This document shows positions 1 to 9,870 of a DNA stretch of 64,000 nt, piece by piece. The position numbers were made by a program, and so were the translations under genes. Origin of the DNA: Spirochaetaceae bacterium. Lineage in GTDB: Bacteria > Spirochaetota > Spirochaetia > DSM-2461. The DNA is taken from NCBI GenBank assembly GCA_051531975.1, contig JAOPTT010000009.1, forward strand, positions 160,001 to 224,000. The letters run 5' to 3'. Numbering within the stretch: position 1 is the first letter of the stretch; each line of letters opens with the position of its first letter. The notes under the pieces were generated by a model. It saw only the letters and a list, made by a program, of their open reading frames with translations, made no database searches and was not told the origin of the DNA.

Positions 1-1009
1 TTGTGGTACAACACCATTACATATTAAAAAAATGGCAGATGCTGTCTTAACTTTAGATCGAGGTTATAAGCATATTGAACTAGCCGGCTTAGATGAAGGT
101 GTAAAACTCGAAATGGCAATGCCATTAGAGGATAGATCAGATTTAGGTAACGATCTAAAAAACAGAAGATGGATTGAAACTGTAGAGCTGGTATCTCCAA
201 TGGGATCTGATATAACAAAATTTATGGAAAAAGTAGTAGCCTTAGAAAAAGCTGGTATTAAATATATAAATATCCCAGATGGTCCAAGAGCTTCTTCTAG
301 AATGTCCGCTTTAGCAACTGCAATACATATAAAAAATGACACAACTTGTGAACCAATACTTCATGTGTGTGGAAGAGATAAAAATTTAATAGCAATGCAA
401 GCTGACTTTTTAGGTGCTGAATCATTTGGATTAAGAGATATGTTGTTAGTTACAGGAGATCCTCCAAAAGTTGGAAAGTATCCAAATGTTACAGGTGTAT
501 TTGATGTAGACTCTATTGGAATGTTATCCATGGTAACTAGATTAAATGGTCGAGTTGATATTGGTGGTTCTGCTCTAACATCGGGAACATCCTTTGTTAG
601 TGGGGCAGGTGTTAATCCTGTTGCTCCTTTTATCGAAAGAGAAGTTGAGAGAGCATACCAGAAGGCAGAAGCTGGGGCAGAATATTTTATATCCCAGCCT
701 GTTTACGATATTGAACTTTTAGCCTCGTTTATTGATAAATTAAAAGATACAGGAATTCCTACAATTATTGGTGTATGGCCTTTAGCTTCTTATCGGAATG
801 CATTATTTCTTCAGAATGAAGTTCCTGGTGTGGATATTCCAGAACATATAATGAAACGTATGGAAAAACATACAGATAAAGAATCTGCTAGACAGGATGG
901 AGTTTTAATTGCCAGAGAAATTATCGCGTCTCTAAAAGATAAAATTGGAGGAGTGCAAGTTAGTCCTCCTTTTGGTAATATTAATACGGCATTAGAGGTT
1001 TTAAAATAG
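1..1009 (+). CDS. Bifunctional homocysteine S-methyltransferase/methylenetetrahydrofolate reductase (YitJ-like), 5' partial
   Basis: The frame is open from position 2 (CGTTPLHI, the end of the HMT domain). MTHFR-domain motifs follow: NIPDGPRASSRM, RDKNLIAMQ, TGDPP, FISQPVY. Confidence 0.9.
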   Translation, partial: CGTTPLHIKKMADAVLTLDRGYKHIELAGLDEGVKLEMAMPLEDRSDLGNDLKNRRWIETVELVSPMGSDITKFMEKVVALEKAGIKYINIPDGPRASSRMSALATAIHIKNDTTCEPILHVCGRDKNLIAMQADFLGAESFGLRDMLLVTGDPPKVGKYPNVTGVFDVDSIGMLSMVTRLNGRVDIGGSALTSGTSFVSGAGVNPVAPFIEREVERAYQKAEAGAEYFISQPVYDIELLASFIDKLKDTGIPTIIGVWPLASYRNALFLQNEVPGVDIPEHIMKRMEKHTDKESARQDGVLIAREIIASLKDKIGGVQVSPPFGNINTALEVLK

Positions 1010-1039
1010 AAAAGATATAAATGAGTAAATATTTATAGT

Positions 1040-1064
1040 AATGGGGTTCCTTTGAATCCCATTT
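1040..1064 (+). terminator. Hairpin/probable terminator
   Basis: aatggggttc-cttt-gaatcccatt stem just after the stop codon. Confidence 0.5.
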
Positions 1065-1076
1065 CTAATTTAATAT

Positions 1077-2147
1077 ATGAATGTGAACAAAATCCTTATA
1101 TCTTTTATCTTTTTAATATCTTTTAACTTATATTCTGAGTCATTCTTTACTAAAGACAACCTGGATATAGAAAGTCGTATGGACTTTTTTAATGTTCCAG
1201 GTGTTAGTATCGCAGTTGTTGAATCAGGTGAAACAAGTTGGTCCGAGGGTTTTGGTACTGCAAACACAGACTCCCTGTTTCAAGCAGCATCTATTAGTAA
1301 ATCTATAACAGCTCTTGGTGTATTAAAACTTGTTGAAGACGGGCTATTAGATCTTGATAAAAATATAAATAACTACCTAAAAACATGGCAACTAGAAGAT
1401 ACAATACACACTAGAAATAGAAAAATTACAACAAGAATGTTATTAACACATATGTCTGGAATTAGTGAATCTGGACTTAAAGGATATGACCTAGAAGAAG
1501 AACTACCTACTTTAGACGACTTATTAAATGGTAAAGGTCATAAAGTATCACCAAAGCCACATTATTTCCCTGGATTAAAAAGACGATATTCATGGAGTGG
1601 ATATACCATAATACAAAAAATAATAGAGGATGTTAGCGGTTTAAGTTTTGAGGAATACCTTAATAATAATGTATTAAAACCCATAGGAATGACTGATAGC
1701 CATTTAAAGCAACCATTACCAGAAAACTTAAAAGATAGAGCTATAGAGGGACATGACCTATTTGGAGAACCAATAGAAGGTGGATGGAGAAGTTATCCTG
1801 AGTTAGCCGCTGCTGGGATGTGGTCAACAGCTACAGACATAGCCACATTTACAATAGAGATACATAAAATATTAACTACTGATTACGAAGGAATCCTATC
1901 TAAAAAAAGTATTGAACAAATGCTGAGTTATAATGATGGAGGCTGGGGATTAGGTGTATCCTTAAAGTTTGACAAAAAAGATCTGATTTTTAGACATAGT
2001 GGTAAAAACTCGGGTTATACTAATTATTATATTTCTAAAGCTTTTAAAGGCGAGTCAATTGTTATAATGACCAATGGAGATAATGCTTGGAAATTAATAA
2101 TGGAGATATTACACTCTATCGAAAATTATAAATCTTGGGGTATATAG
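1077..2147 (+). CDS. Secreted serine hydrolase, beta-lactamase/AmpC-like family
   Basis: Signal peptide; FQAASISK (SxxK), LLTHMSG, YSxxGY and HSG motifs. Confidence 0.85.
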   Translation: MNVNKILISFIFLISFNLYSESFFTKDNLDIESRMDFFNVPGVSIAVVESGETSWSEGFGTANTDSLFQAASISKSITALGVLKLVEDGLLDLDKNINNYLKTWQLEDTIHTRNRKITTRMLLTHMSGISESGLKGYDLEEELPTLDDLLNGKGHKVSPKPHYFPGLKRRYSWSGYTIIQKIIEDVSGLSFEEYLNNNVLKPIGMTDSHLKQPLPENLKDRAIEGHDLFGEPIEGGWRSYPELAAAGMWSTATDIATFTIEIHKILTTDYEGILSKKSIEQMLSYNDGGWGLGVSLKFDKKDLIFRHSGKNSGYTNYYISKAFKGESIVIMTNGDNAWKLIMEILHSIENYKSWGI

Positions 2148-2154
2148 AGTTTTT

Positions 2155-2790
2155 ATGTTTAAAAACAGACATGTTTTATTATCATTTTTTATATTTATTA
2201 TCTCTTGTGGAATTTACTCTTTTAATCCATATACATATTTCGACGTGGGAAATTTTGGTGTTGAAATAAGCAGTGAAGAGTGGCTTGAACTACTTACTTG
2301 GAATGCATCCCTACCTTCTATCTATATTAGAGATAGAGATTCTGACTTTGGAATAGGAATTCAGAGTCTGCTTTATACATCTGACTTTTCTTTAGAGGAG
2401 TCTTCATTTTCTGTTTTTGATACCCACCTCTATTGGTCTCCTATATTAGATGATGAATTAAATGTTTTAGGACCGTTTGTAGGTTTTAGTATAAATGATA
2501 TAGAAAATATGGATTTCACACTGCACGTTGGTCTGAAGTTCTCCCATTTCTCAACTATTCTAGATAAAAGATTTCCCTCAAAATTTGTCTATAGACCCAT
2601 AGATGTTGAAATTGCTTATTCGTTTTTTGATAATGATTTTCATATAGGGTATAAACTTGATATGTCATTTGGATTCCAAATGTTTTTAGAAAGACTGAAG
2701 CTAGAATTTCCAGATGAGGTAGAAGTTATAGAAGCGATAGAAGCAATAGAAGAAATAGATGAGATAGATGAGATAGAAAACTTGCTATGA
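2155..2790 (+). CDS. Hypothetical exported protein with acidic repetitive C-terminus
   Basis: 211-aa ORF with hydrophobic N-terminus; ends EVEVIEAIEAIEEIDEIDEIENLL. Confidence 0.6.
   Translation: MFKNRHVLLSFFIFIISCGIYSFNPYTYFDVGNFGVEISSEEWLELLTWNASLPSIYIRDRDSDFGIGIQSLLYTSDFSLEESSFSVFDTHLYWSPILDDELNVLGPFVGFSINDIENMDFTLHVGLKFSHFSTILDKRFPSKFVYRPIDVEIAYSFFDNDFHIGYKLDMSFGFQMFLERLKLEFPDEVEVIEAIEAIEEIDEIDEIENLL
2713..2775 (+). repeat. Degenerate 9-bp coding tandem repeat (~7 copies, GAnnnnRTA)
   Basis: gatgaggta gaagttata gaagcgata gaagcaata gaagaaata gatgagata gatgagata. Confidence 0.7.
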
Positions 2791-2827
2791 TAATTGTAAT
2801 GAACTATATTTTATAACGGAGAATTAA

Positions 2828-4093
2828 ATGATTGTTTTACATGCTGATATAAATCGCCTTGATCTAAATGTTATAAGTAGCTTAGAAAACTCTTATGATG
2901 TGGTATATAACTGTCTAGATACTGTTTCTGAAACAGTTGATTATCTAAATGATAATGATGTCTCTTTATTAATAGTTGGTGAATCACTTAATGGTGGAAC
3001 CGGTTTAGAACTTATAAAACTGATAAATGAAACCAATATTAATATGGTGCAAATTATTTATGTTGTGGAAGACCCCAAAAACCCACATCTTGAAAACTAT
3101 ACAACTCTAGGTGTCGTGGATTGTATATTAAGATCAAAAGTTTTAGAGAATAGTTTAAATAAATTTCTTAACATGATTACAATGCAGAAATCAATAGAAC
3201 AAAGCATGAAATCTTTGTCTGTGGCAGTAATTGATGATAGTAAAGTCTCTTTAAAGGCTGTTGAATCTATTTTAACTGAAGAGGGACTGACAAATATTCG
3301 TTTGTTTAATGACCCTATGGATTTATTAGCAAATTTTGAATATTTTGATGTTTTTTTTGTTGATCTTATTATGCCAGGTATTACAGGGGATAAACTAGTC
3401 GCTATGATTAGAAGTATGTCTTCCAATAGTATAATAATAACAATGTCATCAATAGATAATGTAAATACAATATCAAATGTTCTAAGTGCAGGATCGGATG
3501 ACTATGTTGTAAAACCATTTAATAAAGTTGAACTTCTTGCCAGACTTAGAACAAACTATAGATCCTTTGCTCTTTTAAAAGAGCTTGAATGTAAAAATAT
3601 TGAGTTAGATAGATTATCAAAAACAGATAGTTTAACAGGTGCATTTAATCATGGGCATATATTTCGTAAAGTAGAATTAGAAATTGAAAACTCTAGGTTA
3701 ACTAATAACCCTGTATCTATGTTATTGCTGGATCTAGATCTATTTAAAAATGTAAACGATAAATATGGTCATGGAGTTGGTGATAATGTTCTAATAGCTC
3801 TCTCTAAACTTTTTATTACAAAATCTAGATCAATGGATTGTTTTGGACGTTATGGTGGTGAGGAATTTATACTGCTCATGTCAAATACAAGCTTAGAAAA
3901 AGCAATTTCCATTTCTAATAGCCTTAGTCGAACGTTTTCTAAAACTATTGTTGATGGAATGGATAGACCTGTTACATTTAGTGGTGGACTTGTATGTTGG
4001 GATGGATCAGAAACTGATAAAACCTTTATGAAACGAGCTGATGACCTCCTGTATGAAGCGAAAAAAGCTGCTCGAAACAAAATAATGCATTAA
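2828..4093 (+). CDS. Response-regulator diguanylate cyclase (pseudo-REC + REC + GGDEF, PleD-like)
   Basis: REC motifs IDD, VDLIMP and KPF; GRYGGEEF active site; RSMD I-site. Confidence 0.9.
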   Translation: MIVLHADINRLDLNVISSLENSYDVVYNCLDTVSETVDYLNDNDVSLLIVGESLNGGTGLELIKLINETNINMVQIIYVVEDPKNPHLENYTTLGVVDCILRSKVLENSLNKFLNMITMQKSIEQSMKSLSVAVIDDSKVSLKAVESILTEEGLTNIRLFNDPMDLLANFEYFDVFFVDLIMPGITGDKLVAMIRSMSSNSIIITMSSIDNVNTISNVLSAGSDDYVVKPFNKVELLARLRTNYRSFALLKELECKNIELDRLSKTDSLTGAFNHGHIFRKVELEIENSRLTNNPVSMLLLDLDLFKNVNDKYGHGVGDNVLIALSKLFITKSRSMDCFGRYGGEEFILLMSNTSLEKAISISNSLSRTFSKTIVDGMDRPVTFSGGLVCWDGSETDKTFMKRADDLLYEAKKAARNKIMH

Positions 4094-4108
4094 TCTCTAA
4101 AAATATAT

Positions 4109-4164
4109 TTGACAAAAACTACAAATAGAATTAACCTTTACCTATACTAGACCGACGGTCGGTC
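4109..4164 (+). promoter_or_regulatory. sigma70 promoter plus palindromic TetR operator
   Basis: TTGACA(4109)-17-TAACCT, then GACCGACgGTCGGTC inverted repeat (4150-4164) upstream of tetR. Confidence 0.7.
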
Positions 4165-4181
4165 GGGTGTTGTTTTAGGAG

Positions 4182-4865
4182 ATGTCTATGAATGTAGAGA
4201 TAAGCAAAAAACAAGAACTCATAAATATTGCTGGTGAACTATTTTATACCAAAGGTTATAGCAAAACATCTATTCAAAATATAATCGATAGAGCTAATAT
4301 CGCTAAAGGTACATTTTATCACTACTTTAAATCTAAAGAAGATCTATTAACTAGCTTTACTGATACCCAAGTCTCTGCACTGTATGTTTTGGTTAATAAA
4401 ATTTTAGAAGAGGACATCCCAGCTACAAACAAGTTCTCAAAATTATTCCAGTCAGCATCAAACTGGAAAAATCAAAATGCAGAATCCATTCGGTTTTTAA
4501 TGAAAATTATGACTTCTGAATCAAATTTAATATTAAGACATAATATGCTTCAGCAACAGATAAAAAAGCTAGCTCCTATATATAAATCAATTATAGATCA
4601 GGGAATCGAAGAGGGAAGCTTTATTGTTAATGATAGCGAATATACAGCATCTTTTTTATTAAACTCATTTTCTGGGTTTGGAGATATGGTATATGGGATC
4701 TTAGATGCTCCTGTATATACAGGGGAAATTTTAGATCAATTTAGAGTTCTCATGAAGAATTTTGAGGACTCATTAGAAAGATTATTAGGAATTAAAGAAG
4801 GAACCATACATGTAGTAGATGATGTGGTATTGGAAGAGTTACTTAAAGGTTTATTGGAGGCCTAA
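4182..4865 (+). CDS. TetR/AcrR family regulator
   Basis: N-terminal HTH KGYSKTSIQNII...AKGTFYHYFKSKEDLL. Confidence 0.92.
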   Translation: MSMNVEISKKQELINIAGELFYTKGYSKTSIQNIIDRANIAKGTFYHYFKSKEDLLTSFTDTQVSALYVLVNKILEEDIPATNKFSKLFQSASNWKNQNAESIRFLMKIMTSESNLILRHNMLQQQIKKLAPIYKSIIDQGIEEGSFIVNDSEYTASFLLNSFSGFGDMVYGILDAPVYTGEILDQFRVLMKNFEDSLERLLGIKEGTIHVVDDVVLEELLKGLLEA

Positions 4866-4867
4866 AA

Positions 4868-5548
4868 ATGATAAAGATTAAGAATTTAGTAAAGGATTAT
4901 CAAGCAGGGGACAATGTTGTTCACGCATTAAAAGGTATCTCTGTTGATATAAGTGCTGGAGAGTTTACTGCAATTGCAGGTCCATCTGGTTCAGGTAAAA
5001 CCACAATGTTAAATATTATAGGTTGTATCGATAGCATGGACAAAGGAACTGTAACAATTGGTGAGCAGGAAGTATCCGCGATGGCAAAGGTTGAGAAATC
5101 ACTATTCAGACGAGAAAATCTAGGTTTTATATTTCAGTCATATAACTTAATTCCTGTTTTAACAGCTTTTGAAAATGTTGCTTTTCCACTTAACCTTCTA
5201 GGCATTCCAGAGAAAGAGATAAAAGTTAGGGTTATGGATATTCTTAAAGAGGTTGGACTTGAGGGAATGGAGCATAGAATACCTTCTAAACTTTCAGGTG
5301 GACAGCAACAGAGGGTATCAATTGCAAGAGCACTTATTAAAAATCCTCAACTTGTATTGGCTGATGAGCCTACTGCAAACCTGGACTCCCATACAGGACA
5401 CGATATTTTAGAATTGATGAAAAATATGAATAAAAAACACAATACAACTTTTATATTTTCAACCCATGATCAGATGGTTATGGATTGCGCCAATAGACTG
5501 CTTTATCTACACGATGGTGAGGTAGTTAAAGACGAAAGGAGAGAGTAA
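4868..5548 (+). CDS. ABC ATP-binding protein, LolD/MacB-like
   Basis: GPSGSGKT, LSGGQQQRV, LADEPTANLD. Confidence 0.93.
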   Translation: MIKIKNLVKDYQAGDNVVHALKGISVDISAGEFTAIAGPSGSGKTTMLNIIGCIDSMDKGTVTIGEQEVSAMAKVEKSLFRRENLGFIFQSYNLIPVLTAFENVAFPLNLLGIPEKEIKVRVMDILKEVGLEGMEHRIPSKLSGGQQQRVSIARALIKNPQLVLADEPTANLDSHTGHDILELMKNMNKKHNTTFIFSTHDQMVMDCANRLLYLHDGEVVKDERRE

Positions 5549-6810
5549 TGTTTTTAATTAAGTTATCCTGGAAGAACTTAACCAGGCATAAAAGAAGAAC
5601 AATAATTACTGCCTTAGCTCTGGCTTTTGGACTGATGATGTACATTTTAATGGATTCATTATTAATTGGGATATTAAACCAGTCAAATACAGTTCTGATT
5701 GAAGCAGAAACAGGTCATGGAAAAATTATTACAAATGAGGCTTTTGATGATCTGAAATTTCTACCTCTAAGCAATCGGGTAAAAAATCCTGATAAGATTA
5801 TGGATATTGTAGAGAGTATAGGTGCTAAAGCTTCTAAAAGGATTAGCATTCATGGAGAGATGATTTATACAGATGAGTACTTTCCAAAATCCGGTTCAAC
5901 TGCAATTCTATTTGTTGGTATTGATAGAGCAACAGATAGCAATGTATTTAATGTTTTTGATCAGAAGTTTCTTGTGGAAGGCCGGTTTATGGAAGAGGGT
6001 GCAGATGAAGTTGTACTTGGTTCATGGCTAGCAGAAGATGTAGGTGCAGACGTAGGTGACTGGTTTACCTTAGCTGTAAGAACAGCATCCGATGGGGACG
6101 ATCCCGGATATTTTCAGACAATAGATGTTGAAGTTGTAGGAATTATAAAAGTTGAAAGCCCTATGGTTAATAGACGTGTTGTCTACTTCCCCCTTGATAT
6201 GGCCGACTACTACCTTGAACTAAATGGTGATGTTACAGAAGTTTCTGTGAAAATGCCTTTTGGTGATACTTTAGACTCTATAAAAGAAAAAATAGATCCT
6301 AAACTTCCTAGTGGTTTAGAGTTTTATACCTGGAGAGCTCTTTCTCCTGACTATTTGGCTCTGACTGAAGCGAAAAGTGGAGGTTCAGCAGTTATTATAT
6401 TTCTACTTGTTCTGATCGCTTTAGTTGGTATTACAAATACTATGTTAATGACCATAAATGAGAGACAAAAAGAACTTGGAATGATGAGAGCATTGGGAAT
6501 GACTGATAGAAATATAAGGCGTTCATTTATTATAGAAGCAGCTGGAATCGGAATAATAGGTTCAACACTTGGAGTTATTTTTGGTTGCCTGGCTAATATT
6601 CCTATGGTAAATACGGGGATTGATTATTCTGAAATGTTAAGGGATGCGGATATGGGATATAGGGTTAGCTCTATAATGAAAGGTATGTGGAATATAAAGA
6701 CTATTATTATCGCTTTTATACTTGGAGTAATTATTCCTGTAGTTGTCTCTATCGCACCTACAAAGAAAGCTATTAAAAAAAGTATCCCGGATTGTATAAA
6801 TGGGCGTTAG
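5548..6810 (+). CDS. FtsX/LolE-like ABC permease (pair 1, subunit A)
   Basis: N-terminal TM, periplasmic domain, ERQKELGMMRALG motif. Confidence 0.88.
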   Translation: MFLIKLSWKNLTRHKRRTIITALALAFGLMMYILMDSLLIGILNQSNTVLIEAETGHGKIITNEAFDDLKFLPLSNRVKNPDKIMDIVESIGAKASKRISIHGEMIYTDEYFPKSGSTAILFVGIDRATDSNVFNVFDQKFLVEGRFMEEGADEVVLGSWLAEDVGADVGDWFTLAVRTASDGDDPGYFQTIDVEVVGIIKVESPMVNRRVVYFPLDMADYYLELNGDVTEVSVKMPFGDTLDSIKEKIDPKLPSGLEFYTWRALSPDYLALTEAKSGGSAVIIFLLVLIALVGITNTMLMTINERQKELGMMRALGMTDRNIRRSFIIEAAGIGIIGSTLGVIFGCLANIPMVNTGIDYSEMLRDADMGYRVSSIMKGMWNIKTIIIAFILGVIIPVVVSIAPTKKAIKKSIPDCINGR

Positions 6811-6819
6811 GAGGTCATT

Positions 6820-8049
6820 ATGAATTTAAGAAAAATTGCAATTAGAAATTTAAAGAGAAACAGTAAAAGATCTCTTCTATCCATTACAGCAACTATGATT
6901 GCAACATTTTCTATAGTCTTCCTGTTTGCCTTCATTGGTGGATTAACATTGGATATGGAAGATATTGCTGTTAATTATGTAACTGGAGAGGTTCAGATCC
7001 GGCATATAGATTTTGACGATAAATCGTTTTCGTTAGATAGAGCTATAGATAACTACAAAGATGTTTTGACTCTACTGAAAAAAGAGCTGCCGGGCGCAGA
7101 ATTCTCACCAAGAATAAAATTCCCATCCACAGTTTTTGATAAAAAAGACTATGATAAAAGTTATGTGAGTTTTGGTGTTGGAGTGGACTTTGAATCTGAA
7201 GAGTCATATTTAGGACTGACTGATAAAATAATAGAAGGTGAAATGCCAACTGATCCCAGAGAGGTAATTATGGGGCATGGTTTAGCCACTGAGTTAAACT
7301 TAAAAATTGGAGATAAATTTACTCCTATAACTTCAACCAGAAAAGGTGCCAGTGCCGGTATTACTTTCAGGATTGCAGCGTTAGCACAGTTTTCAGACTC
7401 TGCATTTACAAATAAGACTTTTATAGTCTCCCTGGAGGAGCTTCCTAAAATGTTAAGAATGGAAGGGGCTGTTTCGGACATCCTGATAAAAGGATTTGGT
7501 AAACAGGATCTGTCTATTGTTGAAGAGAATATTAAAAGTATCCTGATAAGTAATGGATATGATAACCTGGATACCATTTCATGGAAAAGTAGTGGAAGTT
7601 ACGAATATATTGCGATGGCGGAAGGTATATATGGAATAATGGCTTTCTTCTTCTTCATTATGGCAAGTTCTGTTATTGCAAATACAATGTTAATGGTTGT
7701 TTTTGAGAGAAGAAAAGAGATTGGAACAATTACAGCAATGGGTATGACAAGCTGGGAAGTAATAAGGCTATTTTTTATAGAGGCATTTTTCCTTGGTCTG
7801 CTCGGAGCAACAGCAGGGGTTATACTGGGGATTATTGTAATATTACCATTCTCCTACATCGGTATTGATATGTCTTCCATGGCTGGAGAAGTTGATTTTG
7901 GAGCATCGTTTAATATATTCCCTCAATTGAATATTAAATCTACTGTTGTGGTTTTTATCTATTCGGTATTTGTAGCTTCATTTATATCATTCTTCCCATC
8001 TCGGGGAGCAGCAAAAGTTGATCCAGTAGTGGCATTAAGAGCGGAATAA
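6820..8049 (+). CDS. FtsX/LolC-like ABC permease (pair 1, subunit B)
   Basis: ERRKEIGTITAMG; C-terminal AAKVDPVVALR. Confidence 0.88.
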   Translation: MNLRKIAIRNLKRNSKRSLLSITATMIATFSIVFLFAFIGGLTLDMEDIAVNYVTGEVQIRHIDFDDKSFSLDRAIDNYKDVLTLLKKELPGAEFSPRIKFPSTVFDKKDYDKSYVSFGVGVDFESEESYLGLTDKIIEGEMPTDPREVIMGHGLATELNLKIGDKFTPITSTRKGASAGITFRIAALAQFSDSAFTNKTFIVSLEELPKMLRMEGAVSDILIKGFGKQDLSIVEENIKSILISNGYDNLDTISWKSSGSYEYIAMAEGIYGIMAFFFFIMASSVIANTMLMVVFERRKEIGTITAMGMTSWEVIRLFFIEAFFLGLLGATAGVILGIIVILPFSYIGIDMSSMAGEVDFGASFNIFPQLNIKSTVVVFIYSVFVASFISFFPSRGAAKVDPVVALRAE

Positions 8050-8060
8050 GGAAAGAGAAA

Positions 8061-8774
8061 ATGAAGAAAATTATATTAGGACTGTTATTAGTATGTGGTT
8101 TTGGGTTATTTTCCCAAAGTGCAGAAGATATTATTAGAAAGGTTGATGAAAATAGTACTTTTGATACTTATAGAGCATCAGGAAAAGTAGTTATAGAAGG
8201 TAAATACGGTAAAAGAACTAGTGATTTTATTGCATATGCTAAAGGAGCAGACGACAGTATTATAGAGTTTACTTCCGGTGAAGAAGAGGGGCAGAAGATC
8301 TTTAAAACCGAAGATGACCTCTATATAAAGTACCCTTATGCAGAAGAGATTCAGAGACTTTCCAGGAAAAAAACTTTAGGTGCTGTTTCCTATGACGAAA
8401 TGTCTGGAGAGAGAAATACTCTTAAGAACTATAAGGTTAAAATAATTAGAGAAGAGAAGTTTGATGGTGCCGATGTATGGGTAATACAGATGATTGCAAA
8501 GACATCTAAGGTTGCCCACTATAAACAGGACGTTTTTGTAGATAAATCAAACTTTGTTCCTGTTAAGATTCTATACTACTCAAAATCTGGGAAGTTAACT
8601 AAGGAGATGGTCGCTTTAAGGGTTGAGAAAATTGGTAATAAGTTTATGGCAACAAACTCTTTAATAACTGACAAGCTTAAAAGGAATAACTCTACAGAGA
8701 GTTTTATAGATGATATTGAAATTGATATAGAGTTAGACGATGACCTGTTTAGTCTGGATGAACTATCATGGTAA
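8061..8774 (+). CDS. Outer-membrane lipoprotein-sorting (LolA-like) protein
   Basis: Signal peptide; SAEDIIRKVDE, YYSKSGKLTK and DDLFS pattern of the LolA-like family; operon context. Confidence 0.75.
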   Translation: MKKIILGLLLVCGFGLFSQSAEDIIRKVDENSTFDTYRASGKVVIEGKYGKRTSDFIAYAKGADDSIIEFTSGEEEGQKIFKTEDDLYIKYPYAEEIQRLSRKKTLGAVSYDEMSGERNTLKNYKVKIIREEKFDGADVWVIQMIAKTSKVAHYKQDVFVDKSNFVPVKILYYSKSGKLTKEMVALRVEKIGNKFMATNSLITDKLKRNNSTESFIDDIEIDIELDDDLFSLDELSW

Positions 8775-9856
8775 AAAGAGTTATCCTTGGTGCCGGAATG
8801 TTTTTTCTGGCAATCACATCTCTGTTCTCAGAGGTTGATATAGACACATCCTTATCAGCATTAATTACAGCTGGAATGGTTGGAGATGAGGATATTACAT
8901 CCTCTGGTCTAGCCACAGGGTTATTCTCGGTAAAATCGGTGGGGAATAAAAATGTAAAATCCCAATTAACACTAGATTTTACCTCTATAAGAAGCCTTGG
9001 GACTTTATCTATTAGTAAGGCATTTATTAAGTTTCGTTACCCTGATATTAGAGCAACAATTGGTAAAACCAGAATTACCTGGGGTGACGGAGCCGCTTTT
9101 AATGCTGGAGATGTTATCTTTGATGATTATATAGCACCAGGAGGGGAGGTCGAAAATGTTGATCTAACCGCCGATGAGTTAAAATCTATGAACAGAACTA
9201 TGGTTTTATTAATCTATCCATTAGGACGTTTTACATTTTTAGAAGGTATATATCTTCCATACGACTTTTTCTCTGTAGATGATTTAGGACTTATTGCGAC
9301 AGGTGAACTTCCTGAGGATGAGGAGTTAGACCAACACAGCATTGGTGGGCGTTTTGTATCAAAAGCTGGTGGAATAAAATTAGAAACTGGCTATATCTAT
9401 AATGGATTTTCAGAAGTTCATAAACCATATGTAAGTTTTAATGGAACAATGTTTTTAGATTACCACTTATCTGCATCTGTAAATATCACAAATGGTGAAA
9501 CAGATTTTGATGATTGGGATGAAACATTAAAAATTACTACAGGGCTTTTTTATCTATTTGACTTAGAAAATGATATAACACTTACTACAAGGTTAGAAGC
9601 ACAAATTAAACCATATGCTGATTGGGATTCTGATGCATTGTTACTCTATCCTGAAATTGCTTTTGTCCCAAATGAAGAGTTATCTCTATTTGTAAGGGCT
9701 ATTATTAACCCTCTTGATGTAAGTACTGAGAGCTCTTTAGGGCTTAATTGGAGAACCTACCAAGGTTTTACTATAGGTTCATTTTTGACTGCTGATTTTG
9801 TAGAGGATGAAGATACTGAATTGGCATTAACAATTATGGTGACACATAAATTTTAA
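8768..9856 (+). CDS. Hypothetical exported protein, probable outer-membrane beta-barrel
   Basis: Signal peptide, IGKTRITWG motif, C-terminal Phe. Confidence 0.6.
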   Translation: MVKRVILGAGMFFLAITSLFSEVDIDTSLSALITAGMVGDEDITSSGLATGLFSVKSVGNKNVKSQLTLDFTSIRSLGTLSISKAFIKFRYPDIRATIGKTRITWGDGAAFNAGDVIFDDYIAPGGEVENVDLTADELKSMNRTMVLLIYPLGRFTFLEGIYLPYDFFSVDDLGLIATGELPEDEELDQHSIGGRFVSKAGGIKLETGYIYNGFSEVHKPYVSFNGTMFLDYHLSASVNITNGETDFDDWDETLKITTGLFYLFDLENDITLTTRLEAQIKPYADWDSDALLLYPEIAFVPNEELSLFVRAIINPLDVSTESSLGLNWRTYQGFTIGSFLTADFVEDEDTELALTIMVTHKF

Positions 9857-9870
9857 AAAAAGGGGAGTAG

